A stretch of DNA of 64,000 bases from NCBI RefSeq assembly GCF_024223415.1, contig NZ_CP100500.1; one strand, written 5' to 3'. The notes beneath the pieces were generated by a model that was not told the origin of the DNA, searched no databases, and worked only from the letters and a program-made list of their open reading frames with translations. This document shows positions 15,306 through 30,032 of the stretch, piece after piece. The translations under genes were made by a program, and so were the position numbers. Source of the DNA: Escherichia coli (GTDB lineage: Bacteria > Pseudomonadota > Gammaproteobacteria > Enterobacterales > Enterobacteriaceae). Position 1 is the stretch's first letter, and every line of letters starts with the position of its first letter.

Positions 15306-15665
15306 TTATCCACGTTTCAGTTTAAGCGCCAATGATAGAGCATTCTGTGATAGTGGATCATGGGGAAAGATCACATCGGGCTGTAAATCACCCGCATGCA
15401 TGCCGGTAATTGCGGGAATTTTTTGCGGTCGGGCGAAGACGGTCAGTCCTTTCATAAACAAGGTGTCGGCGATGCGCTGCTGATCGTCCAGGGCGATGGC
15501 GACCACGACCCGCGGTTTAAAGCGCCCGCTGGAACGGCCCACGCCAACCCGCCCTTGCTGGCATAGTGTGTCGAAGGCACGGTTAAAACGAGAAATTTGC
15601 CAGCCGCCTAAGGCCAGTTGCGCACACCAGGCGATAACGGCGACAGTGATGAGTGCGGATACCAT
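15306..15665 (-). CDS. gutM: glucitol operon activator GutM
   Basis: 119 aa; recognised as GutM. Confidence 0.9.
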   Translation of the reverse strand: MVSALITVAVIAWCAQLALGGWQISRFNRAFDTLCQQGRVGVGRSSGRFKPRVVVAIALDDQQRIADTLFMKGLTVFARPQKIPAITGMHAGDLQPDVIFPHDPLSQNALSLALKLKRG

Positions 15666-15695
15666 AACTTTTCCTTAATGTAGTGGCGGAAGTCC

Positions 15696-15726
15696 TGTAG
15701 GCCTGATGAGCGTAGCGCATCAGGCA
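15696..15726. repeat. single REP unit
   Basis: tgtaggcctgatgagcgtagcgcatcaggca between srlD and gutM. Confidence 0.8.
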
Positions 15727-15740
15727 TTCTATTAGTCTCA

Positions 15741-15763
15741 CGGAGATCCTTAACGGATCTCCG
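15741..15763 (-). other. perfect 9-bp stem hairpin immediately downstream of srlD
   Basis: cggagatcc-ttaac-ggatctccg; no U-run, so probably an RNA stability or processing structure rather than a strong terminator. Confidence 0.5.
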
Positions 15764-15770
15764 CTGTTGA

Positions 15771-16925
<1,155 letters not shown>

Positions 16926-16935
16926 GTTTCAGCCT

Positions 16936-18473
<1,538 letters not shown>

Positions 18474-18710
18474 TTATTGTTTTATTACCAAACGGCAACC
18501 TAATCTAATCAGATCGAAAGATTTAAAAGTGTTATTTTGATCGCAAAATGAAAGATAAATATTTTAATTTGAAAGTTTGAGTAAAAGGATAGCGAGGAGA
18601 ATGAGTTGAGTTATGTAAAGTCCGTATCGGGCAGTGACTACCGCTTCCTTGTGCGGGGCGTGATGCTTTACCATACTTGCCCCTGGTTGAATCTGTTAAA
18701 TGGACCCCTC

Positions 18711-19796
18711 ATGTTCAAGCGTCGTTATGTAACATTGCTTCCCCTTTTTGTGTTGCTTGCCGCCTGTAGCAGCAAGCCAAAACCTACTGAGACTGAAACG
18801 ACCACCGGAACGCCGTCTGGCGGCTTCCTGCTTGAGCCGCAGCACAATGTGATGCAGATGGGCGGTGACTTCGCCAATAACCCGAATGCCCAGCAGTTCA
18901 TCGACAAAATGGTGAACAAACACGGTTTCGATCGTCAGCAGTTGCAGGAAATTCTGTCCCAGGCGAAGCGTCTGGATTCGGTGCTGCGGCTGATGGATAA
19001 CCAGGCACCAACCACATCGGTGAAACCGCCATCAGGTCCGAACGGCGCATGGCTGCGTTATCGCAAAAAATTTATTACGCCGGACAACGTGCAGAATGGT
19101 GTGGTTTTCTGGAATCAGTATGAAGATGCGTTGAATCGCGCGTGGCAGGTGTATGGCGTACCGCCGGAAATTATCGTCGGGATTATCGGCGTTGAAACCC
19201 GCTGGGGGCGCGTGATGGGGAAAACTCGCATCCTCGATGCGCTGGCAACGCTGTCATTTAACTACCCACGCCGCGCGGAGTATTTCTCTGGCGAGCTGGA
19301 AACCTTCCTGCTGATGGCGCGCGACGAGCAGGACGATCCGCTCAATCTGAAAGGTTCCTTTGCCGGGGCGATGGGCTACGGACAGTTTATGCCGTCGTCT
19401 TACAAACAATATGCGGTAGATTTCAGCGGCGACGGGCATATCAACCTGTGGGATCCGGTTGATGCGATCGGTAGCGTGGCGAACTATTTCAAAGCGCACG
19501 GTTGGGTGAAAGGCGATCAGGTCGCGGTAATGGCAAACGGTCAGGCTCCAGGCTTGCCAAATGGCTTCAAAACCAAGTACAGCATTTCGCAGCTTGCCGC
19601 GGCAGGTTTAACGCCACAGCAGCCGCTGGGCAACCATCAACAAGCCAGCCTGCTGCGTCTGGATGTCGGTACCGGTTACCAGTACTGGTACGGTCTGCCG
19701 AACTTCTACACCATTACCCGTTATAACCACAGCACCCATTACGCAATGGCGGTCTGGCAGTTAGGACAAGCCGTGGCGCTGGCGCGCGTGCAGTAA
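18711..19796 (+). CDS. mltB: membrane-bound lytic murein transglycosylase B (lipoprotein)
   Basis: ORF 18606..19796; start at MFKRRYVTLLPLFVLLAAC (lipobox LAAC) gives 361 aa. Confidence 0.92.
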   Translation: MFKRRYVTLLPLFVLLAACSSKPKPTETETTTGTPSGGFLLEPQHNVMQMGGDFANNPNAQQFIDKMVNKHGFDRQQLQEILSQAKRLDSVLRLMDNQAPTTSVKPPSGPNGAWLRYRKKFITPDNVQNGVVFWNQYEDALNRAWQVYGVPPEIIVGIIGVETRWGRVMGKTRILDALATLSFNYPRRAEYFSGELETFLLMARDEQDDPLNLKGSFAGAMGYGQFMPSSYKQYAVDFSGDGHINLWDPVDAIGSVANYFKAHGWVKGDQVAVMANGQAPGLPNGFKTKYSISQLAAAGLTPQQPLGNHQQASLLRLDVGTGYQYWYGLPNFYTITRYNHSTHYAMAVWQLGQAVALARVQ

Positions 19797-19940
19797 CTAT
19801 TTGCAAGAGGGGGGCGTGAGCTTCCCTCTGGCTAATCAGCTTTTTTCTGAATCCTCCTCGTAAAATTGCAACGCCAACACCATCTTCCTGACGAAAGTGC
19901 TATCTTGTCCGGCATAAATTTTTGACTGACAGAGGTTGTG

Positions 19941-20434
19941 ATGACTGACAGTGAACTGATGCAGTTAAGCGAACAGGTTGGGCAGGCGCTGAAAGCCCGT
20001 GGCGCAACCGTAACAACTGCTGAGTCTTGTACCGGCGGTTGGGTAGCGAAAGTGATTACCGATATTGCCGGTAGCTCCGCCTGGTTTGAACGCGGATTTG
20101 TCACCTACAGTAACGAAGCCAAAGCGCAGATGATCGGCGTACGTGAAGAGACGCTGGCGCAGCATGGCGCGGTGAGCGAACCCGTCGTGGTGGAAATGGC
20201 GATAGGCGCACTGAAAGCGGCTCGTGCTGATTACGCCGTGTCTATTAGTGGTATCGCCGGGCCGGATGGCGGCAGTGAAGAGAAGCCTGTCGGCACCGTC
20301 TGGTTTGCTTTTGCCACTGCCCGCGGTGAAGGCATTACCCGGCGGGAATGCTTCAGCGGCGACCGTGATGCGGTGCGCCGTCAGGCTACTGCGTATGCAT
20401 TGCAGACCTTGTGGCAACAATTTCTACAAAACAC

Positions 20435-20438
<4 letters not shown>
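19941..20438 (+). CDS. pncC: NMN amidohydrolase PncC (CinA C-terminal domain family)
   Basis: ORF 19938..20438; second Met gives 165 aa MTDSELMQLSEQVG. Confidence 0.9.
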
Positions 20439-21579
<1,141 letters not shown>

Positions 21580-21610
21580 TCGTTCGTTATTGATGATAAT
21601 AGATAATGTG

Positions 21611-21670
21611 TGCACGGACGGTCCCCTCGCCCCTTTGGGGAGAGGGTTAGGGTGAGGGGAACAGGCCAGC
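21611..21670. repeat. GC-rich imperfect palindromic intergenic repeat (boxC-like)
   Basis: tgcacggacggtcccctcgcccctttggggagagggttagggtgaggggaacaggccagc in the recA-recX spacer; assignment to a named repeat family is from memory. Confidence 0.5.
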
Positions 21671-21773
21671 ACTGGCGTGAAAAATTACTCTCACCTCGAT
21701 CCTCTAACGAATTGGGCCTGCGGGAACATTCTGCACACTCATTGACTATTAAATCTGTTTATCAGCAAAACCT

Positions 21774-21803
21774 GGGTCGCATCTGCGGCCCTTTTGCTTT
21801 TTT
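21774..21803 (+). terminator. intrinsic terminator between recA and recX
   Basis: gggtcgc-atct-gcggccc stem (one G-U pair) followed by TTTTgCTTTTTT. Confidence 0.75.
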
Positions 21804-21821
21804 AAGTTGTAAGGATATGCC

Positions 21822-22322
21822 ATGACAGAATCAACGTCCCGTCTCCCGGCATATGCTCGCCTGTTGGATCGTGCGGTACGCATTCTGGCGGTGCGCGATC
21901 ACAGTGAGCAAGAACTGCGACGTAAACTCGCGGCACCGATTATGGGCAAAAATGGCCCAGAAGAGATTGATGCTACGGCAGAAGATTACGAGCGCGTTAT
22001 TGCCTGGTGCCATGAACATGGCTATCTCGATGACAGCCGATTTGTTGCGCGCTTTATCGCCAGCCGTAGCCGCAAAGGTTATGGACCTGCGCGTATTCGC
22101 CAGGAACTGAATCAGAAAGGTATTTCCCGCGAAGCGACAGAAAAAGCGATGCGTGAATGTGACATCGACTGGTGCGCACTGGCGCGCGATCAGGCAACGC
22201 GAAAATATGGTGAACCTTTGCCAACTGTCTTTTCAGAAAAAGTTAAGATCCAGCGTTTTCTGCTCTATCGTGGCTATCTGATGGAAGATATCCAGGATAT
22301 TTGGCGAAATTTTGCCGACTGA
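21822..22322 (+). CDS. recX: RecA inhibitor RecX
   Basis: 166 aa; recognised as RecX. Confidence 0.92.
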   Translation: MTESTSRLPAYARLLDRAVRILAVRDHSEQELRRKLAAPIMGKNGPEEIDATAEDYERVIAWCHEHGYLDDSRFVARFIASRSRKGYGPARIRQELNQKGISREATEKAMRECDIDWCALARDQATRKYGEPLPTVFSEKVKIQRFLLYRGYLMEDIQDIWRNFAD

Positions 22323-22449
22323 ACGCATACGGTATTTTACTTCCCAGTCAAGAAAACTTATCTTATTCCCACTTTTCAGTTACCAGCCCGGCGGTTAAGA
22401 CACGCTGGAGCTGGTGGCGATATTTCGTTAGCTTGATTTCAGGATAATT

Positions 22450-25080
22450 ATGAGCAAGAGCACCGCTGAGATCCGTCAGGCGTTTCTCGACTTTTTCCAT
22501 AGTAAGGGACATCAGGTAGTTGCCAGCAGCTCCCTGGTACCCCATAACGACCCAACTTTGTTGTTTACCAACGCCGGGATGAACCAGTTCAAGGATGTGT
22601 TCCTTGGGCTCGACAAGCGTAATTATTCCCGCGCTACCACTTCCCAACGCTGCGTGCGTGCGGGTGGTAAACACAACGACTTGGAAAACGTCGGTTACAC
22701 CGCGCGTCACCATACCTTCTTCGAAATGCTGGGCAACTTCAGCTTCGGCGACTATTTCAAACACGATGCCATTCAGTTTGCATGGGAACTGCTGACCAGC
22801 GAAAAATGGTTTGCCCTGCCGAAAGAGCGTCTGTGGGTTACCGTCTATGAAAGCGACGACGAAGCCTACGAAATCTGGGAAAAAGAAGTAGGGATCCCGC
22901 GCGAACGTATTATTCGCATCGGCGATAACAAAGGTGCGCCATACGCATCTGACAACTTCTGGCAGATGGGTGACACTGGTCCGTGCGGCCCGTGCACCGA
23001 AATCTTCTACGATCACGGCGACCACATTTGGGGTGGCCCTCCGGGAAGTCCGGAAGAAGACGGCGACCGCTACATTGAGATCTGGAACATCGTCTTCATG
23101 CAGTTCAACCGCCAGGCCGATGGCACGATGGAACCGCTGCCGAAACCGTCTGTAGATACCGGTATGGGTCTGGAGCGTATTGCTGCGGTGCTGCAACACG
23201 TTAACTCTAACTATGACATCGACCTGTTCCGCACGTTGATCCAGGCGGTAGCGAAAGTCACTGGCGCAACCGATCTGAGCAATAAATCGCTGCGCGTAAT
23301 CGCTGACCACATTCGTTCTTGTGCGTTCCTGATCGCGGATGGCGTAATGCCGTCCAATGAAAACCGTGGTTATGTACTGCGTCGTATCATTCGTCGCGCA
23401 GTGCGTCACGGTAATATGCTCGGCGCGAAAGAAACCTTCTTCTACAAACTGGTTGGTCCGCTGATCGACGTTATGGGCTCTGCGGGTGAAGACCTGAAAC
23501 GCCAGCAGGCGCAGGTTGAGCAGGTGCTGAAGACTGAAGAAGAGCAGTTTGCTCGTACTCTGGAGCGCGGTCTGGCGTTGCTGGATGAAGAGCTGGCAAA
23601 ACTTTCTGGTGATACGCTGGATGGTGAAACTGCTTTCCGTCTGTACGACACCTATGGCTTCCCGGTTGACCTGACGGCTGATGTTTGTCGTGAGCGCAAC
23701 ATCAAAGTTGACGAAGCTGGTTTTGAAGCTGCAATGGAAGAGCAGCGTCGTCGCGCGCGCGAAGCCAGCGGCTTTGGTGCCGATTACAACGCAATGATCC
23801 GTGTTGACAGTGCATCTGAATTTAAAGGCTATGACCATCTGGAACTGAACGGCAAAGTGACCGCGCTGTTTGTTGATGGTAAAGCGGTTGATGCCATCAA
23901 TGCAGGCCAGGAAGCTGTGGTCGTGCTGGATCAAACGCCATTCTATGCGGAATCCGGCGGTCAGGTTGGTGATAAAGGCGAACTGAAAGGCGCTAACTTC
24001 TCCTTTGCGGTGGAAGATACGCAGAAATACGGCCAGGCGATTGGTCACATCGGTAAACTTGCTGCGGGTTCTCTGAAAGTGGGCGACGCGGTGCAGGCTG
24101 ATGTTGATGAAGCTCGTCGCGCCCGTATTCGTCTGAATCACTCCGCAACGCACCTGATGCACGCTGCGCTGCGCCAGGTTCTGGGTACTCATGTAACGCA
24201 GAAAGGTTCACTGGTTAACGACAAGGTGCTGCGCTTCGACTTCTCACACAACGAAGCGATGAAACCAGAAGAGATTCGTGCGGTCGAAGACTTGGTGAAC
24301 GCACAGATTCGTCGCAATTTGCCGATCGAAACCAACATCATGGATCTCGAAGCGGCGAAAGCGAAAGGTGCGATGGCGCTGTTCGGCGAGAAGTATGATG
24401 AGCGCGTACGCGTGCTGAGCATGGGCGATTTCTCCACCGAGCTGTGTGGCGGTACTCACGCCAGCCGCACTGGTGATATTGGTCTGTTCCGCATCATCTC
24501 TGAATCGGGTACTGCTGCAGGCGTTCGTCGTATCGAAGCGGTAACCGGAGAAGGTGCTATCGCCACCGTTCATGCAGACAGCGATCGCTTAAGCGAAGTC
24601 GCACATCTGCTGAAAGGCGATAGCAATAATCTGGCTGATAAAGTGCGCTCAGTACTGGAACGTACGCGTCAGTTAGAAAAAGAACTACAACAGCTTAAAG
24701 AACAAGCTGCCGCACAGGAGAGCGCAAATCTTTCCAGTAAGGCAATTGATGTTAATGGTGTTAAGCTGTTGGTTAGCGAGCTTAGCGGTGTTGAGCCGAA
24801 AATGTTGCGTACCATGGTTGACGATTTAAAAAATCAGCTGGGGTCGACAATTATCGTGCTGGCAACGGTAGCCGAAGGTAAGGTTTCTCTGATTGCAGGC
24901 GTATCTAAGGACGTCACAGATCGTGTGAAAGCAGGGGAACTGATTGGTATGGTCGCTCAGCAGGTGGGCGGCAAGGGTGGTGGACGTCCTGACATGGCGC
25001 AAGCCGGTGGTACGGATGCTGCGGCCTTACCTGCAGCGTTAGCCAGTGTGAAAGGCTGGGTCAGCGCGAAATTGCAATAA
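22450..25080 (+). CDS. alaS: alanine--tRNA ligase AlaS
   Basis: 876 aa; class II aaRS motifs, editing domain HxxxH / CGGTH, C-terminal DHHA1. Confidence 0.97.
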   Translation: MSKSTAEIRQAFLDFFHSKGHQVVASSSLVPHNDPTLLFTNAGMNQFKDVFLGLDKRNYSRATTSQRCVRAGGKHNDLENVGYTARHHTFFEMLGNFSFGDYFKHDAIQFAWELLTSEKWFALPKERLWVTVYESDDEAYEIWEKEVGIPRERIIRIGDNKGAPYASDNFWQMGDTGPCGPCTEIFYDHGDHIWGGPPGSPEEDGDRYIEIWNIVFMQFNRQADGTMEPLPKPSVDTGMGLERIAAVLQHVNSNYDIDLFRTLIQAVAKVTGATDLSNKSLRVIADHIRSCAFLIADGVMPSNENRGYVLRRIIRRAVRHGNMLGAKETFFYKLVGPLIDVMGSAGEDLKRQQAQVEQVLKTEEEQFARTLERGLALLDEELAKLSGDTLDGETAFRLYDTYGFPVDLTADVCRERNIKVDEAGFEAAMEEQRRRAREASGFGADYNAMIRVDSASEFKGYDHLELNGKVTALFVDGKAVDAINAGQEAVVVLDQTPFYAESGGQVGDKGELKGANFSFAVEDTQKYGQAIGHIGKLAAGSLKVGDAVQADVDEARRARIRLNHSATHLMHAALRQVLGTHVTQKGSLVNDKVLRFDFSHNEAMKPEEIRAVEDLVNAQIRRNLPIETNIMDLEAAKAKGAMALFGEKYDERVRVLSMGDFSTELCGGTHASRTGDIGLFRIISESGTAAGVRRIEAVTGEGAIATVHADSDRLSEVAHLLKGDSNNLADKVRSVLERTRQLEKELQQLKEQAAAQESANLSSKAIDVNGVKLLVSELSGVEPKMLRTMVDDLKNQLGSTIIVLATVAEGKVSLIAGVSKDVTDRVKAGELIGMVAQQVGGKGGGRPDMAQAGGTDAAALPAALASVKGWVSAKLQ

Positions 25081-25094
25081 TATAAGCGTCAGGC

Positions 25095-25121
25095 AATGCC
25101 GTGGACTCGCTTCACGGCATT
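25095..25121 (+). other. hairpin just downstream of alaS stop
   Basis: aatgccgtg-gactcgctt-cacggcatt, 9-bp perfect stem, no U-run. Confidence 0.45.
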
Positions 25122-25314
25122 CGCATTAACGCTATCGACAACGATAAAGTCAGGTTGAAGTTGTGTATATCGGCTAAACTTAGGTTTAACAGAATGTAAT
25201 GCCATGACTGCTTAGATGTAATGTGTTTGTCATTGCTTACTTTTTGGCGTTATATGATGGATAATGCCGGGATACAGAGAGACCCGACTCTTTTAATCTT
25301 TCAAGGAGCAAAGA

Positions 25315-25500
25315 ATGCTGATTCTGACTCGTCGAGTTGGTGAGACCCTCATGATTGGGGATGAGGTCACCGTGACAGTTTTAGGGGTAAAGGGCAACCA
25401 GGTACGTATTGGCGTAAATGCCCCGAAGGAAGTTTCTGTTCACCGTGAAGAGATCTACCAGCGTATCCAGGCTGAAAAATCCCAGCAGTCCAGTTACTAA
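25315..25500 (+). CDS. csrA: carbon storage regulator CsrA
   Basis: 61 aa, exact CsrA sequence [48 protein letters not shown]. Confidence 0.98.
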
Positions 25501-25507
25501 TCTTTCC

Positions 25508-25533
25508 GCGTCTCATCTTTATCGGTGAGACGC
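25508..25533 (+). other. hairpin downstream of csrA
   Basis: gcgtctca-tctttatcgg-tgagacgc, 8-bp stem, weak or no U-run. Confidence 0.4.
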
Positions 25534-25725
25534 ACCCTCAAAATTTCTCCTTCACTCTATAGTCTTTTCGCTTTACTCCCGTTCATTCAACTTAAGTCTC
25601 CATTTTTTTACATTACTGCTATCTGTCAGACCTCCGTTTTTCTGTTGATAAAACACTCTTTTTGACGTTTTTACAGACTAATTGAGCGTGAAGTGTGCAA
25701 ACGATAAAAGTGTGGGAAAAATTGT

Positions 25726-25753
25726 TTGACTTATAAGTCTCAGAAAGTAATAT
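25726..25753 (+). promoter_or_regulatory. candidate sigma-70 promoter of the serV-arg tRNA operon
   Basis: TTGACT 25726-25731, 16-bp spacer, TAATAT 25748-25753, followed by GC-rich discriminator gcgccacgcagcg (stringent-type). Confidence 0.55.
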
Positions 25754-25815
25754 GTGCGCCACGCAGCGACGATGAGCGATAAACAAGTTCTTCGAAGCAC
25801 TCGTAAGAGGCGTGT

Positions 25816-25908
25816 GGTGAGGTGGCCGAGAGGCTGAAGGCGCTCCCCTGCTAAGGGAGTATGCGGTCAAAAGCTGCATCCGGGGTTCGAATCCCCGCCT
25901 CACCGCCA
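25816..25908 (+). tRNA. serV: tRNA-Ser (anticodon GCU)
   Basis: 93-nt cloverleaf with long variable arm; acceptor GGTGAGG/CCTCACC; anticodon loop ctGCTaa; genomic CCA. Confidence 0.95.
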
Positions 25909-25911
25909 TTT

Positions 25912-25988
25912 GCATCCGTAGCTCAGCTGGATAGAGTACTCGGCTACGAACCGAGCGGTCGGAGGTTCGAATCCTCCCGGATGCACCA
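25912..25988 (+). tRNA. argV: tRNA-Arg (anticodon ACG), copy 1
   Basis: 77 nt gcatccgtagctcagctggatagagtactcggctACGaaccgag...ggatgcacca. Confidence 0.95.
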
Positions 25989-26123
25989 TATTCTCCGTAA
26001 CCTTCAGCGATGAAGGTATGGAAGAGGTGGCGGTACTAACCGCAGGCACCAGGGAGGATAACGTTGCTTTAGCAACGGCCCGAAGGGCGAGCCGCAAGGC
26101 GAGTAATCCTCCCGGATGCACCA
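25989..26123 (+). repeat. structured 135-nt inter-tRNA element ending in a 19-nt tRNA-Arg 3-prime remnant
   Basis: Several short hairpins (ccttcagcgatgaagg, cgttgctttagcaacg); terminal aatcctcccggatgcacca at 26105-26123 matches the tRNA-Arg T-arm/acceptor 3-prime end; near-identical copy at 26404-26536. Confidence 0.8.
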
Positions 26124-26187
26124 TCTCTTACTTGATACAGCTTTAGTAGCGGTATCAAAAAATCTGCAGTAAAGTAAGTTTCCCGAT

Positions 26188-26264
26188 GCATCCGTAGCTC
26201 AGCTGGATAGAGTACTCGGCTACGAACCGAGCGGTCGGAGGTTCGAATCCTCCCGGATGCACCA
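26188..26264 (+). tRNA. tRNA-Arg (anticodon ACG), copy 2
   Basis: 77 nt, identical to copy 1. Confidence 0.95.
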
Positions 26265-26326
26265 TCTCTTACTTGATATGGCTTTAGTAGCGATATCAAT
26301 ATCAGCAGTAAAATAAATTTCCCAAT

Positions 26327-26403
26327 GCATCCGTAGCTCAGCTGGATAGAGTACTCGGCTACGAACCGAGCGGTCGGAGGTTCGAATCCTCCCGGATGCA
26401 CCA
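26327..26403 (+). tRNA. tRNA-Arg (anticodon ACG), copy 3
   Basis: 77 nt, identical to copy 1; only 62-nt spacer from copy 2. Confidence 0.95.
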
Positions 26404-26536
26404 TATTCTCCGAAATCTTCAGCAATGAAGATATCGAAGAGGTAGCGGAATTAACCGCAGGCACCAGGAAGGATAACGTTGCTTTAGCAACGGCCCGAAG
26501 AGCGAACGCCAGCGAGTCATCCTCCCGGATGCACCA
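26404..26536 (+). repeat. second copy of the structured inter-tRNA element with tRNA-Arg 3-prime remnant (26518-26536)
   Basis: about 90 percent identical by eye to 25989-26123; ends catcctcccggatgcacca; no intact tRNA follows. Confidence 0.8.
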
Positions 26537-26683
26537 TCTTCTCCAAAAAATTTCCTTCAAAAATATCTCATTTCTAAATAACTACTTTATCCATTTCCTG
26601 AATTTTCTTCTCCTTCGCCATCAGCGACAAAATCAAGCAATTACGCTAAAGTAGCGTCATATTTTTCGACTTGCGAGAAGACC

Positions 26684-27250
26684 ATGTACGAGCGTTATGC
26701 AGGTTTAATTTTTGATATGGATGGCACAATCCTGGATACGGAGCCTACGCACCGTAAAGCGTGGCGCGAAGTATTAGGGCACTACGGTCTTCAGTACGAT
26801 ATTCAGGCGATGATTGCGCTTAATGGCTCGCCCACCTGGCGCATTGCTCAGGCAATTATTGAGCTGAATCAGGCCGATCTCGACCCGCATGCGTTAGCGC
26901 GTGAAAAAACAGAAGCAGTAAGAAGTATGCTACTGGATAGTGTCGAGCCGCTTCCTCTTGTTGAAGTGGTGAAAAGTTGGCATGGTCGTCGCCCAATGGC
27001 TGTAGGAACGGGGAGTGAAAGCGCCATCGCTGAGGCATTGCTGGCGCACCTGGGATTACGTCGTTATTTTGACGCAGTCGTCGCTGCCGATCACGTCCAA
27101 CACCATAAACCTGCGCCAGACACATTTTTGTTGTGCGCGCAGCGTATGGGCGTGCAACCGACACAGTGTGTGGTCTTTGAAGATGCCGATTTCGGTATTC
27201 AGGCGGCCCGTGCAGCAGGCATGGACGCTGTGGATGTTCGCTTGCTGTGA
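26684..27250 (+). CDS. yqaB: HAD-family sugar phosphatase YqaB
   Basis: 188 aa; HAD motif I FDMDGTILDTE. Confidence 0.9.
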   Translation: MYERYAGLIFDMDGTILDTEPTHRKAWREVLGHYGLQYDIQAMIALNGSPTWRIAQAIIELNQADLDPHALAREKTEAVRSMLLDSVEPLPLVEVVKSWHGRRPMAVGTGSESAIAEALLAHLGLRRYFDAVVAADHVQHHKPAPDTFLLCAQRMGVQPTQCVVFEDADFGIQAARAAGMDAVDVRLL

Positions 27251-27675
27251 GTGAAGCGTTATCGCTTTTCTCATTGTTTGCCAGTAGTTTTCTCAGCGCT
27301 ACACTATTACCCGGCAACTCCGAAGTCGTGCTGGTGGCAATGTTGCTTTCCGGGATCAGTCATCCCTGGGTTTTAGTTTTAACAGCAACAATGGGTAATA
27401 GCCTTGGAGGGTTAACTAACGTTATCCTTGGGCGTTTCTTTCCACTGCGTAAAACATCGCGCTGGCAAGAGAAAGCTACCGGCTGGCTGAAACGCTATGG
27501 TGCAGTCACACTATTATTAAGCTGGATGCCCGTGGTTGGCGATTTACTGTGTCTCTTAGCGGGGTGGATGCGCATCTCGTGGGGACCGGTAATCTTTTTT
27601 TTGTGCCTTGGTAAAGCGTTACGTTATGTTGCAGTTGCAGCAGCGACCGTTCAGGGCATGATGTGGTGGCACTAA
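27247..27675 (+). CDS. yqaA: DedA/SNARE-associated family inner membrane protein YqaA
   Basis: 142 aa; 4-nt overlap with yqaB. Confidence 0.88.
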   Translation: MSEALSLFSLFASSFLSATLLPGNSEVVLVAMLLSGISHPWVLVLTATMGNSLGGLTNVILGRFFPLRKTSRWQEKATGWLKRYGAVTLLLSWMPVVGDLLCLLAGWMRISWGPVIFFLCLGKALRYVAVAAATVQGMMWWH

Positions 27676-27720
27676 TTGTAGGCCTGCACATATGGTCACC
27701 ATTACAGTTATGCTAATTAA

Positions 27721-29304
<1,584 letters not shown>

Positions 29305-29312
29305 CAGAAAAG

Positions 29313-29385
29313 AAAAAGGCCACTCGTGAGTGGCCAAAATTTCATCTCTGAATTCAGGGATGATGATAACAAATGCGCGTCTTTC
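29313..29385 (-). ncRNA. micA: MicA (SraD) small RNA
   Basis: Reverse complement reads gaaagacgcgcatttgttatcatcatccctgaattcagagatgaaattttggccactcacgagtggccttttt, with terminator hairpin ggccactcacgagtggcc plus U-run. Confidence 0.95.
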
Positions 29386-29453
29386 ATATACTCAGACTCG
29401 CCTGGGAAGAAAGAGTTCAGAAAATTTTTAAAAAAATTACCGGAGGTGGCTAA

Positions 29454-29969
29454 ATGCCGTTGTTAGATAGCTTCACAGTCGATCATACCCGGATGGAAGC
29501 GCCTGCAGTTCGGGTGGCGAAAACAATGAACACCCCGCATGGCGACGCAATCACCGTGTTCGATCTGCGCTTCTGCGTGCCGAACAAAGAAGTGATGCCA
29601 GAAAGAGGGATCCATACCCTGGAGCACCTGTTTGCTGGTTTTATGCGTAACCATCTTAACGGTAATGGTGTAGAGATTATCGATATCTCGCCAATGGGCT
29701 GCCGCACCGGTTTTTATATGAGTCTGATTGGTACGCCAGATGAGCAGCGTGTTGCTGATGCCTGGAAAGCGGCAATGGAAGACGTGCTGAAAGTGCAGGA
29801 TCAGAATCAGATCCCGGAACTGAACGTCTACCAGTGTGGCACTTACCAGATGCACTCGTTGCAGGAAGCACAGGATATTGCGCGTAGCATTCTGGAACGT
29901 GACGTGCGCATCAACAGCAACGAAGAACTGGCGCTGCCGAAAGAGAAGTTGCAGGAACTGCACATTTAG
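29454..29969 (+). CDS. luxS: S-ribosylhomocysteine lyase LuxS
   Basis: 171 aa; HTLEH metal-binding motif. Confidence 0.96.
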
Positions 29970-30000
29970 TCAGTAAACTATCTTCACAATTAATTGAAAA

Positions 30001-30024
30001 AAGCCAGTTCAAATGAACTGGCTT
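30001..30024 (-). terminator. intrinsic terminator of emrRAB (possibly bidirectional with luxS)
   Basis: aagccagttc-aaat-gaactggctt, 10-bp perfect stem; on the minus strand it is followed by TTTTTcAATT. Confidence 0.75.
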
Positions 30025-30032
30025 AGTTGTAC

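Noticed and set aside
22363-24192. 609-aa ORF on the minus strand entirely inside alaS
   Set aside because: Antisense to a gene with conserved class II synthetase motifs and full-length match to AlaS; long antisense frames are expected from the codon bias of a highly expressed gene; no RBS or independent start context.
25912-26536. Regularly spaced identical repeats that could be mistaken for a CRISPR array
   Set aside because: Repeats are 77-nt tRNA-Arg genes with cloverleaf structure; spacers are homologous to each other, and no cas genes are present.
25619-26560. ORF-track minus-strand ORFs (98, 74 and 163 aa) overlapping the tRNA-Ser/Arg array
   Set aside because: They run through tRNA genes and repeat spacers; repeated peptide segments simply mirror the tRNA repeats.
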